A stretch of DNA of 64,000 nt from NCBI RefSeq assembly GCF_018350175.1, contig NC_058383.1, positions 3,348,001 through 3,412,000 on the forward strand. Reading direction: 5' to 3'. Below are positions 47,464 to 60,900 of this stretch, piece after piece; positions within the stretch are counted from its first letter, which is position 1, and each line of letters opens with the position of its first letter. A program made the position numbers and the translations under genes. The stretch comes from Felis catus (lineage: Eukaryota). The notes below the pieces were generated by a model. The model searched no databases and was not told where the DNA came from. It saw only the letters and a program-made list of their open reading frames with translations.

Positions 47464-48310
47464 GTCAGTTCAGTCACTCACAGCGTTTGGGGCTCATTCA
47501 TGTTCTGGGAGCTTAGGAGATGAAGTTGAGATGCGAAGGGAGAATTTGGGCAACTTTGATTTCAGCCGCAGATCCCTGATTACGGCATCACACGGTCTTG
47601 GGCTCCATCATTAATCACACAAATCCCATTTTCCACTCCAGCCTTATGTATTATTTACAGTGAGCTATGTTCCACTCCGTGGCTTCAGTACAGCTTTTCA
47701 TGATTTTTCTGCCAAGGTTAATACACTATCTGTAAAACGTACTTGTCAGGGGCTGATACTTAATGAGAGAAAAATCCGGACAGATCGAATAGGATTTCAG
47801 CAGCGTTTATGCTGGGCTGTGTAAGACTTGAGAGGGGTTCCCTCTGCTCTAGAGTGGTTTCATGGTGAGATGGGGAGTAAGGCAGACCTGTACCCAGAGG
47901 AAAGGCGGCCACGGTCACCTCGTGCATGTAGAGGAAAATGCGCGTAAACACGGGAACTAGATGCCTTGAAGCCTCACTGAAGGGATTGTAATATCCCGTC
48001 TTTGTCCGAGTTCAGGCAGGAGGGTAATGATGAAAACTGTGCCCCTCTGGGGAAATGCAGGGCAGCAGACACAGGTGACTGGGTGGTGAGCTTCTTCCCA
48101 AAGAGCTGCCACCTTCAGAATAGTTTTTAATTTTCAGAACCAGCCCTGAAAATAAATCCAGAGAGAATGATACGGTCATCCTAGAATTTTCAGTCTGGCC
48201 TTAGCCCAGCCAGAAGGCACACATTTAGCCAAATGGATAGACTCAAGATGCCTTCCTTCCTTCTTGAACACCTCACTGTGAGCAGAGGGAGGGGCCTGCT
48301 GCCACATACA

Positions 48311-48522
48311 TTTTTTTTTTTAATGTTGATTTTTGAGAGAGAGAGAGAGACAGAGCATGAGCGGGGAAGGGGCAGAGAGAGAGGGAGACACAGAATGGCA
48401 AGTAGGCTCTAGGCTCTGAGCCATCAGCACAGAGCTTGATGCGGGGCTCGAACCCACGAACTGTGAGATCATAACCTGAGCCGAAGTCAGACGCTTAATG
48501 GACTGAGCCACCCAGGCGCCCC
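48311..48522 (-). mobile_element. Felid Can-SINE, antisense
   Basis: T tail...gactgagccacccaggcgcccc; TSD tgccacatacatt / tgccgcatacgtt differing only at two CpG positions. Confidence 0.95.
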
Positions 48523-49819
48523 TGCCGCATACGTTATTAACTGGATTCAGAGACTGAGCTGTTTGCTTACTCTTCTTGAGCAGACGTTTGGCAGATCGTG
48601 AGTTTCTGTGCTTTCACCCGGCTCTCTCGAGTTCCCGAGAGCTCAAAAACCAAGTTTGGTTTAGTTGCAAGAATGTCAAAAGGAAAACCCACCAACAAAA
48701 ACGAACAGGCCAAAGATTACCGAGAGAGTCCATGGAGGCCGTCTTAAAGATGTTGCCTGGAAAAGCGCACATTCATTTCTAAATGGTTTGGGAGCAGGAT
48801 TCCAGAGGAGGGAGAAGGACAAGCTGGTTTTCTGCAACTGTAAGAGCTCACCCGGAATCCCTCTGGACCTTTGCCGTTTTCTCGTAGCTTTATATGTGTG
48901 AGTAAACAGAACCGGAGCCTCCTTCCGGAGGGGTTTTAGGTGGCTCACTCTTGGGGCACCGCTCGCCCCAGGGTTCCTCTGCTCTGAGAGCACCGCCCCT
49001 AAGGGATGATCTCAGCTGAACGTCATACCCCAGAGCGAACGATTTATTCATTTCCTTCTTGGGGGACTACGTCTGTTCTGTCTCAGGGTAACTTCAGATA
49101 AGCGGTTTATTAATGTCTATGCTCTGTGCATGTTAAACCTTTAAAGAGCTGGGTACATTTTGCAAACCTGAGCACATTATTTTGGAAAGGAAAGCCAGTT
49201 ATGTTCCGCTGTCCAGCAGTAAGTGGTGACCCCTGACCACTGACACCAAAGGCCGGCCAGGCTCTTAATTGATTCTACATTTGAAAAGAAAAATGTGCTA
49301 AAATTGTCATAACTAAAGCATTAAATGAGAAAGAGGTGCAGTTTTAAGAAAACAAGTTTATGGGGTGTGATCTTTTTCCAGGAGTTGGGTAATTCCACTC
49401 TGAGGAGTTCTGGGACGGTCATTGCCCCCTATCCAGGCAGCACCCCTGTCCTCCAGGAACATTCCTGGGCAAAGTGCGAGGTACAGTGTTAGTAAGTGAC
49501 ATGTGTGATCATGACACTGTACAGACTTCCCGTCTCGAAACCCAAAGGCCAGTTCGGTGTTCTCAGTGATCTTCACAGACCCATTTTTAACTTCAGCATC
49601 TGTTTTTGTCTTGTGGCCAAGATATCTGGTTGCTTTTCTTTATTCTTTCTTTTAGATATATTCACATGTCATGAAATTCACCCATCTAAAGAGCACACAG
49701 TTCAGTGGCTTCTGGTTCAGTCACAAGGCCGTCGGTCGCTCACGGCCCAGATCCTAACCCTCTGGCTTGATCCTAACTGGAGAGCTTTCCTAACTCACGA
49801 CTCCCTGCTTGGCCCACAG

Positions 49820-49996
49820 CTACGTGTGGAAGAAGGACAATGCAATCATCACCCCATCTGGCAGTTCCAGGATCGTGGTGGAGAAGGACGGGTCCCTTGT
49901 CATTAGCCAGACGTGGTCGGGTGACATCGGAGACTACACCTGTGAAATCCTCTCGGAAGGGGGGAATGACTCCAGGACGGCCCGGCTGGAGGTGAT
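49820..49996 (+). CDS. SDK1: SDK1 exon ~13 (177 nt, phase 2-2), second part of Ig6
   Basis: Acceptor ctgcttggcccacag|C, donor GTGAT|gtgagt; translates (R)YVWKKDNAIITPSGSSRIVVEKDGSLVISQTWSGDIGDYTCEILSEGGNDSRTARLEV(I). Confidence 0.97.
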
Positions 49997-52949
49997 GTGA
50001 GTGTTGCCGCCGTGGAGCGTTAACCACCTCCTGATTGCTTGCAGCGCTATGGTCAGCCATCCCGAGTCCAAGTGGCTATTTTTAGCGCGTGTGATGCCAC
50101 TTGGGTCCCCAAGCCAGCCGTCAGAGGCCATGGCCTCGTGCCTCACAGGCATACAGGCTTACTTACGGGTTTTGTTGGAACCTGGAAATGAAAACATTCC
50201 ACTCTTGGTTCAGATGGTTTGGTACTTGGTTTTCACCCTCCTATTATTACCTTATCTCCCCCGTTGGCACCATATCACCCATTTACCGCAGCGCCCGTAA
50301 GCAACAGCCTACTTTGCCACGTGACGCCCACAGAACTCGGTGAGGAATGTCAGGCCAGCCCACTGAGGCCACACCATTCGGTGACAGCCAGGTATGTGGC
50401 GCGCTGAGGTCAGCACCACCTGCCTCTCTGTGGGTAAACAGCTGCTTTCCGTGAAGTCTTTGGAAATCCTGGAAATGGCAAGCAGCTGATCGAGACCTCC
50501 TGGGGGTCCCGAGGGCCCAGGAGGGAAACCACTGCCTTCCTCCGTCTCTGGGCCTCTTTATGCAGCTCCTCTCTGTTCCCCGGCAGGGGCTAAAGAGCCT
50601 GCTGACAAATTTCCTTTTTCTAATATGTAGTTATTTGTTCTTTAAGAATGGTGCCTCCCAGATAGTCCCTGAGCACAACCATACCAAAGTAAGATCTGCA
50701 AACAAAGCAGCAGGGTAGGGGCTCCAGGGGTGCAGGCCAGCAGCCCCGGCTAACGTGGGCCGTGCAAGGCCATTAGAAAAGGCCGTTTCAGAGGTTTTTC
50801 TTACTGGTGTCTGCCCACCTCAGTCCAGGAAGGAGTCTATAGACAGAAGCCACTCCCTGAACGTACAACATGAACAGTCTGCATACAGAGCCAAGCCTCC
50901 AGCCGAGGGGGTTCACGGGAGAAGGATACTTGCTAAGGGCTCAGCACATGGGCTCCTGGGTGTGTTGCACACACGTGTGAACACATGAACAGATGGCAGC
51001 CTGGCCTAGCTCTGTTTCTGGGATTCCACGGGTTAATGGTGTTTAGCAGCTGGTCAAGAAGAGCCTTGAATTGTGCCTCCAGTACCCGGAAAGGCCTGTT
51101 CTCCTGCCTAGTTGGCATCTGCAGGGCGACTCCTTGTTCTTGTTCGTACGGTGGGTCACCTGCTGGGAGTGAAGGTCATCCCGGTTAGTCACCAGACAAC
51201 AGGTGCCCCCAGCCCCCGGGTGGGCGGGATGTCTGCGGGGGTCAGGTGCTGTGGCCCTGCAGCTTTGTGAGTGTGCGTGAAGTGCCAGGTGTCCCCACCC
51301 CACCCTTAGCCGCTGGACCTGCCAGCCCTGGGCCCTTTCTGCCCTCCTGGGCTCACCTGGTCCTCCACCCAGGGCCTCGGGCTGCTCCAGCCGTGTTTTC
51401 TGCCATCGCCGTCTGAAGGGCCCCTACCTCTTTTAGGGCTCAGCCACAGGGTCACCCCTGCGTGGGGACCCCAGGGTGCCTCACGGTTTCCCAGCATTTG
51501 CTTGGACTTTCTGTCATAGCACTGATCGCATGGGCTGCAAGTGCCCGTGTTCACTGGGCCTGTGCACCGGAAGAGCCTGTTTTCACGATGCTTTCACTGC
51601 TGAAGCAAAAACACCCGGATGGCAGGCCTTGCATTTTGAGTGGCTCACGATGCTTTGGGACACCACAGGGGCTCCGACGTCCGTGTCGGGTGGTTCACGC
51701 ATGCTTGAACGAATAAATGTGTGTAGGTTACCAGCCACCGGCGGGGCTCCTCCCGATGGGGCCCTCCCTCCGATGCTCACATGCCCGGGGCTTCTCCCTC
51801 CGGGCACACAGGCTCATGTTCCACTGCGGGGAGCCAGCCCGGCGCCCAAACCCCCTGTCGGATCTGGGCCTGTGTCCTTCCTCCTTCCATCATGTTGGGA
51901 ATTGTTTTTTTTTTTTAATTTTGACAATATTGGGAGTACACATCCAGCACATTCACACGATCCACTGTGCTATTCACATTTTTAAAGCTACCTATGAGAA
52001 CTCTTAGATCATCCGTCATTGGTAACAAATAAATGAGTGTTAGCATTTCATAAGGACTCTGTCAGCAGAAGCCAAAATTGCATGCTTCCAATGCAGGGCA
52101 TGCTTTTTATTCTGCGCTACCTCTATGGTCTACTGATTTACATATCTTCCCTTCTATTTGCTTATTTGATTTCCTCTGAGTAAAATACATTTTTCAGCAA
52201 ATGTTGCCATATCTATAAAATAATAGGCTTTCTGTAATGGTAAGACACCTCATCTCTAAATATAGAAATATTTGCAGATTTGTGATTCAAACCAATTGAG
52301 GTACAGCGGGTTACAGAACTGATTTGGAAGACAGCGGTTCCTTATGAATTGTGAGTGTAATAAACACTCCACTCTTGCAAATCTGAATGAATTGAGGAAG
52401 TTGTAGGTTATAGCCTGGTCTGTCTTTAGATCCAGATAGGTCTTAACTGTACGACATCAGTAATGACAATAGTAATGATAATAGTCGTAACTCACGATTG
52501 AGGGGCATTTTGTGCTTCTCGGAGAACTTTCAAATCAAGCTCGGTAACATTTCTGTGATTTACTCTGATGACAAAAAAAAAAAAAGAAGAGGAAAGAAAA
52601 AAAAAATCTCATACTGCAGAAGTGACTGAGAGGTACTTACAGCTAAATAGTGTCCTTCAAAAGAGGCTGAAAGCCTGCTTCCCCTGCCTCCCCACTTGAG
52701 TTAAAAGCTACTTAGTTAAATATAGAAATTAGCAGCATCAGAAGTGGGCTTTTTAGAAGCAGACCATCCGTCGGTTTGCTCTCAGTGTGTGTGTGTTGCG
52801 TGTTCTAGCTCCATCCTCTGTGCCTGCCTGGTTGGACTCCTGGCCCGTCACGCCCAGGACACTGCCGGAGAAGTCGCGGTCCTGGCAGGGCTATAGGTAC
52901 CTTTTGAGGTGCCCTCCACCAGCCAGGCCGGACCGGACCCCCTTCTCCA

Positions 52950-53095
52950 GCTCTTCCTGACTTGGGGCAGCTTAGCCCACTTCTCAGCCTGGGTTTTCTC
53001 AACTGCAAGATGGGCACGTTACCATTACCTTAGAAGGCCACTGTGAGGTTTGAACGAACCAATGTTTATACCACCCTGGCCTGGAACCCAGCTCA
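52950..53095 (+). mobile_element. MIR fragment
   Basis: tgacttggggcag...ctcagcctgggttttctcaactgcaagatggg...ctgtgaggtttgaacga. Confidence 0.6.
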
Positions 53096-56000
53096 CCCAG
53101 TCATGCATGGCTCCTGTTCCTTGCTCACTGTCCCACGAGAAGCACCATCGCTCCTTCACCAAAGCATCCTCCCACACCTGGGCTCAGGAAGCTTCTCTTC
53201 TATCCTGCTTTATTTTTGACCGTGTTCCGTGACCCTCGGACACACTAGGTATGTCTGTTTGCCGTTGAGCTCTCGATGCCTGGAATGGTGCCCGGTACAT
53301 AAATGTCCAGTAAATGTCAGAGTGAGCCTCACCCCCCCCCCCATGATGCTGAACTGGGCTTGCGTAATGGGGATCACAGAGGAGGAGTAATTTCTGAGGG
53401 GTCTGCCTTCATCGCCTCCCCGAGAGGAGAGGCTTCCACAAATCCACGTGGTCCTGGGTTGTGCCCTATAAATTAACCGTCCACAGGGCATCACGAAACG
53501 GCCAGTCCCCGACTGGTCGGTTGGGCGTGCCTCTCCTGCTAGTTAGCTAGTTCCTCTCGGAAGGAGCTGGTTTGGGACGCCCCACATCCCAGAGCACCTT
53601 GCTGCATTGAACACACCAGGGGAACTAGGCTCCTAGGGCTTTCTGGATTGAGTGATTATTAATCATTTAAAGACCCAATTAGCTTTGCATCTTTCCTTCC
53701 GAGATCAGAGACTAATTCTTAGGAGTCTGGAGTACAGAGAAAACTTAATTTATGGAGCCGACTGCAAGACTTGGACCCTGAGGCAGGGAAGAGATTTCTC
53801 TCAGTAAAGCCAACCCTCACAAAGCCATCATAAGGAGTGAACAATTTAACACCATTTCTCGAGAGTTGCCAGGCCCCCCCACCCCCGCCCCGTCATCTTC
53901 ACCCTCAGAGTGAAGTCGGAGAAGCTGGGTTTGACCAGGTCATCATTTGTGCGTTAAAGGGGCCGTGCTTCCATATAGAAAAATACTTACCTGAGCCTCT
54001 GCTGCACAGCAGGCCGGCTACAGCCACAATTTTGCCAATTGCTTTCCGTCGTTTTCGAAGCTGTTTTCCCCAAACACACCTGGCTTAATCCCCTTTCCCT
54101 ACGGTCCCCGTGTCTCGTTGTTAGTGTCTGGTAGTCTTGTGGTGTAATTGGCTTGACAGGGGTTCCCCCCCACCCCCAAGTTCTCTTTAAATCACAAAGT
54201 GACTCGGCACCGGCCTCATTTCTATTGTTCGCAGATTTCTTTCATTTGTCACCCTGTCTGCAGATCCCTGTCTGTGAGTTGCTCTGCTGATCATTTATCT
54301 CCTTTCAAAGTTGGCAGAGAAACGCCAAGACATAGTCTATTTCTATTAGATCAGATTCTCTGAAATGGACTCAGAATATATTAAAGCCTCATTTATCAGT
54401 TATTGATGGTCAGGCAAGTATTGCGCAAAGCTTAATTTTCCCGATAACCAAAACTCACCATTCAAAGAAACAGTTTACGTCTTCAATGTATATTATAAAG
54501 TTCTTTGCATTGGGAAACAGGTAACATTGAACACAAGAGGTATCACAGAGGGGATTTTCCTATAGGACAGAGGCTGGAACTAGGAAAGGTCTAAATTTCC
54601 TTCTGACTCTGAGCTCTGCAGTGTGTAAAACATCACATTGAGCATTGGGCCACCATCTTGGATGTGACCATGAGCCCATGGAGAGGACTGTGGGGCAGCG
54701 GTGGACGAGGGCTCATTATTTCTTGATGATGAGTCACATCATGTCTTTGGGCACCGCTGGGCTTTAGGTCCCTGTTCCTACACTAAATGTCCCAAAGCTA
54801 CATTGCCTTTACATTTCCACGGTCTTCTCAATGTCGCCTCCGTCTCAGGCACCTGGCTGCCATTTTGCTGTTCAGGGTGCCTACTTCTAGCAGACCTTAG
54901 GGCCTTCTTGTAGGTGGCTTTTGATCAGCTGGGAAGAGGGAAATCACAAACCCCTCTTAGGAGAATCACATGCCGAGTGAGAATCAGCAAGCTCTGAGGG
55001 GCAGACAGAGGGACTGTGGTGAGAACCCTCCACAGAGAAGTTCTCAAGTAGTGTCCCCTCGCACAGGAAGTGGCTGTGAGTAGTAGTAAACCCTCCACCC
55101 CCCCAGAACAGAAGCTGTCTGGTCCCTGGTCAGATCGGTCCTCTCTTGGCCCTCCTTTTAGGCTAAGAGAAGCATGATCTGACATCGAGTGAGAGAAGCC
55201 CCGTATTTTCCCAGCTGTGGGAAAGCTGTACTTTCAGAATTTAGGATTCGATCTTGCACAGCCACTTAAGGCCCCTAGACGAGGTGTGTGGGGACACAGG
55301 AGTTTCTCAGGGGCCACGGGCTGAACGAGAGCAGACTGTCTCTTCACAGCCTCGGGTCCACAATGGCCAGTCTTGTCCCCAGCCTGCCGTGTGCCCCCAC
55401 CTCTCGCTCCCCGGATCTCCTCTTGGAGTCCGGATGTATATGTCGGCCGTGGATGCTGGCTCCTTAACCTCTAGCCCAGCTTTTGTCTCCCGGTCTGTCC
55501 CCTCTCCTGACTGCCTCCTGTGTCTCTCAGACACTTTCCAGTGAGTCGCCCTTGGGGTCCCAGTTGTAGCCCTGGAGAGTCAACGTCACACAGATAGCCC
55601 AGAAATTTTGAATACGGGTGTCTCTTACTTGCCTTCTTCCATGACTCAGTGCAAACCCTGCGTTCCCGCTGCTGCTCCAAACCTCCCCCTAGTCTTACCC
55701 GCACCTTCAGCAGCCCCTTCTCCTTCCTGTCCTCCGTGCCCAAGGGAGCCTTCCCTCCTCCTCCGCTCACCCACACCCCTCCCAGCCATGCGACCCCCAC
55801 CTCCTCCACAGATGGCCCTTCCTGCAGCTCCGCCCTGCATTCCGCCCACCGTTATTTCCAGAACCATCCCACGGCTCCTGACCTGCGATGCCTGGCCTCG
55901 ACTCAGCCTGTATACGGGCCTCGTGCTCCTCCTCAGCATCTCAGCTCTTGAGAGCAGCCTCTCCCTCCGTGTCCCTACACTCCACATATGGCCCCTGGCT

Positions 56001-57129
56001 TGGGGAGTGTTCGTTTGTTAACCCATTCACTCCTGTATCGGTTGGTCCATCCGTCCGCCCCACATTTTACTGTGTGCCCACTCTATCCCAGCGTTGGCGA
56101 TGCCAAGATCAAGGAAAAAAGGCAGAGAAGGGAGAAGAGAAATGTTCCTTCCCTGGAGAAGGGAGGCAGATCCATAATCAAGCAGGATGCAGTAGGGTTC
56201 CTGCTCCCGTGGGGCTTCAAGATGTTTCCTGAACTGAAAAATGTGTAGATTGCAGTGAGATAGAAGTGGTTGGTTCTGCTCAAGAATTAGTCGTGGGTGA
56301 GAGGGAAGCCGAGCCTCGGAGGCTGAGATGGATTTTCTGATTGGCACGACTCTCCCATCGACGGGACGTCCCGTGTGAGTGCACACAGGTCACGGGGTGG
56401 CTGGACTCGGGGAGCCACAAGGCCTTCACTGTGGCTGGAAGCATGACGCTCAGGAGAGCAGCCAGTGTGGGCTAGAGGCTGAGCTGTGTAGCAGGGAGTC
56501 GTCGCGGGCGCAGCGGGGAGCACATGGCAGGACCCCGTACAGCGGCAGCAGGCAGGACGGGCGGGAGGACCATGTGGCGTGGCCCTTGGGACAGCTCGTG
56601 TCGGGTGGGCTGAAGCTGGTCAGTGGCGACGAAGCAGACGGGTTGGCGTTTCGGGCGTTTCTAAGGAGGGTAGGTAGGACGTGGTGACTACTTAGAGGCG
56701 CGTGTGTGTGAAGGGGGGACGGTGGTGGGAGTGGAGATTCTGCAGTGTAACCACCGATCCAAAGAAGGGCCCCACACCCCAGTTTCAGTGAGGAGAATGA
56801 TCCGTGCCTGTCAACCCCCAGAGAGAATCCCTCTGCAGCCTGTCACTGGAAGTGCCTCCTGCCCACTGTAAGATGCCGCCCAGGGCCTCCCGGGACCTCT
56901 TCTCCGTCCCCCCGGCCCCTTCAGGCTCTCGCGGGGGCTGCGTCTGCCTCCAGGGCCTCGGGCCACCCGCACGTCTCCCGACTTGGCGGTGAGTCGGTGG
57001 GGGGGGGGGGGGGGGGCTCGGGCCCATGTGGGGCAGTGTCCGCACATGAACAACGGTCCCGGGCACCAACCCACCCTGTCAGTCCTCTGAGTTAGTGCTG
57101 ATCACGTCAGCCAACCTCCCGGCTTGGGC

Positions 57130-57787
57130 AAGTCTTTGCAGTGCGGTCCTGACACCAACTCCCCGGAGGTGAAGGGCACCGTGCCCCACGGCAGACACCA
57201 GCCGCAGCTCCGCGGCCCCCGGGCCACCTGTGGTTCTGACCGACCCCCTAGCATTTGAGGCTTCCCGCCACCCCAGCAGGATGGGTAATTCCCTACAACA
57301 ACCCACAGAACTCGGTTAAGTGCCTGATTTCGGTCTTATTATAGAGGATAAAATCCGGACCAGACATACAAAGAGAGGCAACAGCAAGGTCTGGGAGGGT
57401 CCCAAACACAAAGCTTCCACACGTGTCTGATTCCCGACCAGGAAGCTCAGCTGAGCTTGGTGTCCATAGTCTGGCTGGGGCGTCATTATCACTGGCTCGG
57501 GCCCCTGCTCCCGCCCCTCCATTTCCAGGAGATCAGAAGGTCTGGCTGATCTCACTGGCTCGACGCCCCAGCCCTCTAACCACATGGCTGGTCTCTCCAG
57601 CAGGCGAGCCCCCTCCTGGAACTCTGCAGGGCACCCCTCCACGAGTGATACTGTTGGCAAAACACAGATGTGGCCTGACGGGCCCACCATGAACAGCTAA
57701 GACAGCCCCTCAGGAAATTCCAAGGGCTTAGAAGTTCCACCCCAGGGAGCTGGGGCAAAGACCAGACCAATTCTTTATGATACCACA
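57130..57787 (-). mobile_element. MER21/MER77-family ERVL LTR
   Basis: Ends ctcaggaaattccaagggcttagaag...ggggcaaagaccagaccaattctttatgataccaca (reverse of the TG start); internal ctgacaccaactccccggag and cccacagaactcgg motifs. Confidence 0.75.
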
Positions 57788-58482
57788 GTCTTATTTGGAA
57801 TACTTACCCAAGTTTATCTCAGTTTGTTTTCAGGTTGGGACGATTTCAACAACTGTGGTTTAGTTTGAGAACAACCCAATTCCAGTAGGAAAATGGGGCA
57901 CAGGGAAAGGAGACGAGATATTTTTTCGTGGCATGTCCTTCATAGGCGTCTTCACTGGGAATTTAAGGAAGAATCAGTTACTGGAGAGCTCAACAGAAAT
58001 AAAAGCTCCCTTTCTGATTTAAAACCTAATTCACAACTAAAGAGAAAACAAGCCAACATTTCAGGCTCAAGTTGATTCTTTATTGTACTAATTTAAAGTC
58101 TCCGTCTACACTGGAAATATTAGTTTGTTTATTAACCGTGTGCCTGGGTTAGAGAGAGCTGTGTTTCTTAGGTAGCTGCACACACATAACAGCTTAATAA
58201 ATTTCAAAGTGTAATGAGTACGCTTTTTAAATTAAAAATATCAAGTATAATTATGGCTCTTTGTGCTGACCTATGTGGGTCAGCAGTAATTGATGTCTCA
58301 GAGAGACCACAGACTAGCTAGTGGGTGAAACGGGTCCACATGGCACCCCTCTCCCAGTACCACCTGAGGACGTTTATAGAGAAAGCTGTTCCCGACGGCC
58401 ACGAAACAGGGTGCTGCTCCCAGATTTGTGAGACATGAAGGTTAAGCATTAGACTAGGGCTACTTAGGGTGGTGTGATTGCA

Positions 58483-58652
58483 GGGGCGCCTGGGCGGCTC
58501 AGTCACTTAAGCATCCGGCTCTCAATTTTGGCTCAGGTCATGGTCTCATTGTTCGTGAGTTCAATCCCCACCTTGGGCTCTGTGCTGCCGGCATGGAGCC
58601 TGCTTGGGATTCTCTCTCCCAGTCTCTCTCTGCCCCTCCTGCACTTACTCTC
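58483..58652 (+). mobile_element. Can-SINE (older subfamily) whose tail is a purine microsatellite
   Basis: ggggcgcctgggcggctcagtcacttaagc...gcatggagcctgcttgggattctctctc. Confidence 0.92.
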
Positions 58653-58715
58653 AGGAAGGAAGGAAGGAAGGAAGGGAGGGAGGGAGGGAGGGAGGGAGGG
58701 AGGGAGGGAAAGAAA
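58653..58715 (+). repeat. (GGAA)n(GGGA)n compound tetranucleotide microsatellite
   Basis: Read directly; abuts the SINE body. Confidence 0.95.
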
Positions 58716-59456
58716 GGGATTGTATGGTTGCAGACTGAGGAGAAACCATACAATTGGACTTTGAAGCTTTGTTACCAGTAAATCCCAGTAAAGACCTTTT
58801 CTATTAGTAAACCCCTTTCTGTATTTATTTGCTTCAACTGTGTTTCCATTCTACAGCCCTGCTGATGTTCTGTTTACTATTTCCATGGGGTTTTCGAATT
58901 TTCTCCACATTCCCCTGAGTTCTTCCCCCGAACCCCGTTATCTCGCAGAAGACAGAATGACGCCACAACGTCATGTGGTCAAAGAAGAGGCAGCCACTGT
59001 CTGGGGATACCTGTGGGCATTTTGGCAAATGAGCCCAAATGACTAGGTTCCAAAATTTCCCAAGTTAAATCTTACTTCCTAGGCCCTTTCCTGTTTCTGT
59101 GGCTCTCTGCCTTCCCATTAACAGCTTCGGGTTGTAAGAACAAATTGCTGACTGAATTTTCTCAATTAAATACTATACTGTGTAAAACTTGGCACTCCCT
59201 CCCCATCTAATCCCATAGCCATCAATCATCCCTTTAATCTCTACCAGAAGGATTAAATCAAATATCTTTGGCGAAACAACCACATTGTGAATGGAGAAGG
59301 TTTTCGGGCGGAGAGGTGGTCAGAATTTGTGTCCGGGGCATAGTTTATGTTTCCGTTTTCAAAACATTCCCCACCGGGACTGTGCGATGTGAGAACCAGG
59401 CTAACCGTCGATTCTGACGTGCACCCTTTTTTTCTTCCTGTTCCTTTGCGCCCAAG

Positions 59457-59593
59457 TGAACTGCCTCATTCACCTCAGAACCTCCTGGCCAGCCTGAACT
59501 CTTCCCACAGCCACACCGTGACGCTCTCGTGGGTTCGACCCTTTGACGGAAACAGCCCAGTCCTCTACTACATCGTGGAGCTGTCTGAAAACA
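59457..59593 (+). CDS. SDK1: SDK1 exon ~14 (137 nt, phase 2-1), first half of FN3 domain 1
   Basis: Long pyrimidine tract then cccaag|T, donor AACA|gtaagt; translates (I)ELPHSPQNLLASLNSSHSHTVTLSWVRPFDGNSPVLYYIVELSEN, a typical FN3 N-terminal half. Confidence 0.96.
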
Positions 59594-60109
59594 GTAAGTG
59601 CTGAAGCAGAGTTGTTGCCGTGGACGGATTTCTCTCCGCGCACTCCGTGTCCTTGACCTGTACTTCTGGCACAGACCCCAAACCAGTAGAAAGATGTGAT
59701 GATGCTTTACGGAGTTCCAAATGAAAAACCCCACTCTGGCTTTTGGGAAAGATACAGGGTGCCGTGGGAGGCTGGGAGGGACGAGAAGGAAGCACAGGGA
59801 GCTTCCCGTCTGGGCCTGAGCCCCACAGGGAGGCTGTGCGCACACCTGTTGGGACCGTCCCAAGGGTGAACTTGGACGCGGGGAATAGGGCCGCCCCCTG
59901 GGGCTGCTTGGGAGCCAACAACAGCACTAGTTAGCGTTTCTGCCTGTCTCCTCTGGCTCGGACGCGGGCTAAGTGTTCTCTGGGCCTTCCCCTTCTCCCT
60001 TCCCCCACGCCTTGGCCTCTGCCAGCAGGAGCTGGCTTTGCTCCCCGCCCTGCCACCGTTCTCCCCTCCTCTCCGTGGGCCAGCGGCTCCTCTCCTGCCC
60101 CCTCCACTC

Positions 60110-60900
60110 TCTTCTCGGGAAGTCAGGGCATCCCTGTGATTCCAAGGGGCATCTTTTCCTTGACATCTGGGTTCTCCAGCATCCTAATCTCCAGAGTCAC
60201 GCTCAGGGCCCCGTTCCTCCATGTCTCTGTCGAGTGGTCTCCCACACTCCTCCAGAGTGAATTCAACTCCTTTGAACCCTGACCATCCTCAGTGCCTTGG
60301 TGCGGCCTTTTTAATCTCCATTCCAGCCCCAAGGCCTCCTTGGTGATGAATGCCACGAATGGCCCCGGGCCCCTTTTTCCTCACCCGACCCCACGCCCAC
60401 ATCCGCGCTCTGCGTTCTCGGACACAGCTCTGCAGGGCCCGGTCTCTGTCACCAGGACAACCTCCAACTGGTGCCCCTGCCTCTACTCTTCTTCTCTTCC
60501 AAAGCATTCTCACCCAGGCAGGGACACTGATCTTAACATCTCCCCCCGCCCCCACAGGGCTTAGAAGGAAACCTTCCTCAGAGCCTGAGCACTGTCACCT
60601 CCCTCCCCCTTCCCACTCTGCTCTGTGCCCGGCATGTGCCAGGCACGCTGGTTTCATGGGCTGCCCGCATGGCCCCGTTTCCCTCGTCTGGAATGCTCAC
60701 GGGGCTGGACCATCGCCCTTCACTGCCACCTCCTTGAAGACGCTTTCCAGCACACTGGCTCAGTGTAAGCTTTCACCATCCAAGCTAGCGTCCTCCCTCG
60801 GCCGTTATTCCAAACTCCTCCTGGGCCTCCCCCAGCGAGGAGCTAGCCAGACCACGAGGAGCTGGACTCCTGTGACGGTCAACATCATGGGGCCCCTGGC
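60110..60900 (+). mobile_element. L2 fragment
   Basis: Degenerate pyrimidine-rich L2 body (cacccaggcagggacactgatcttaacatc, ccctcgtctggaatgctc); boundaries approximate. Confidence 0.45.
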
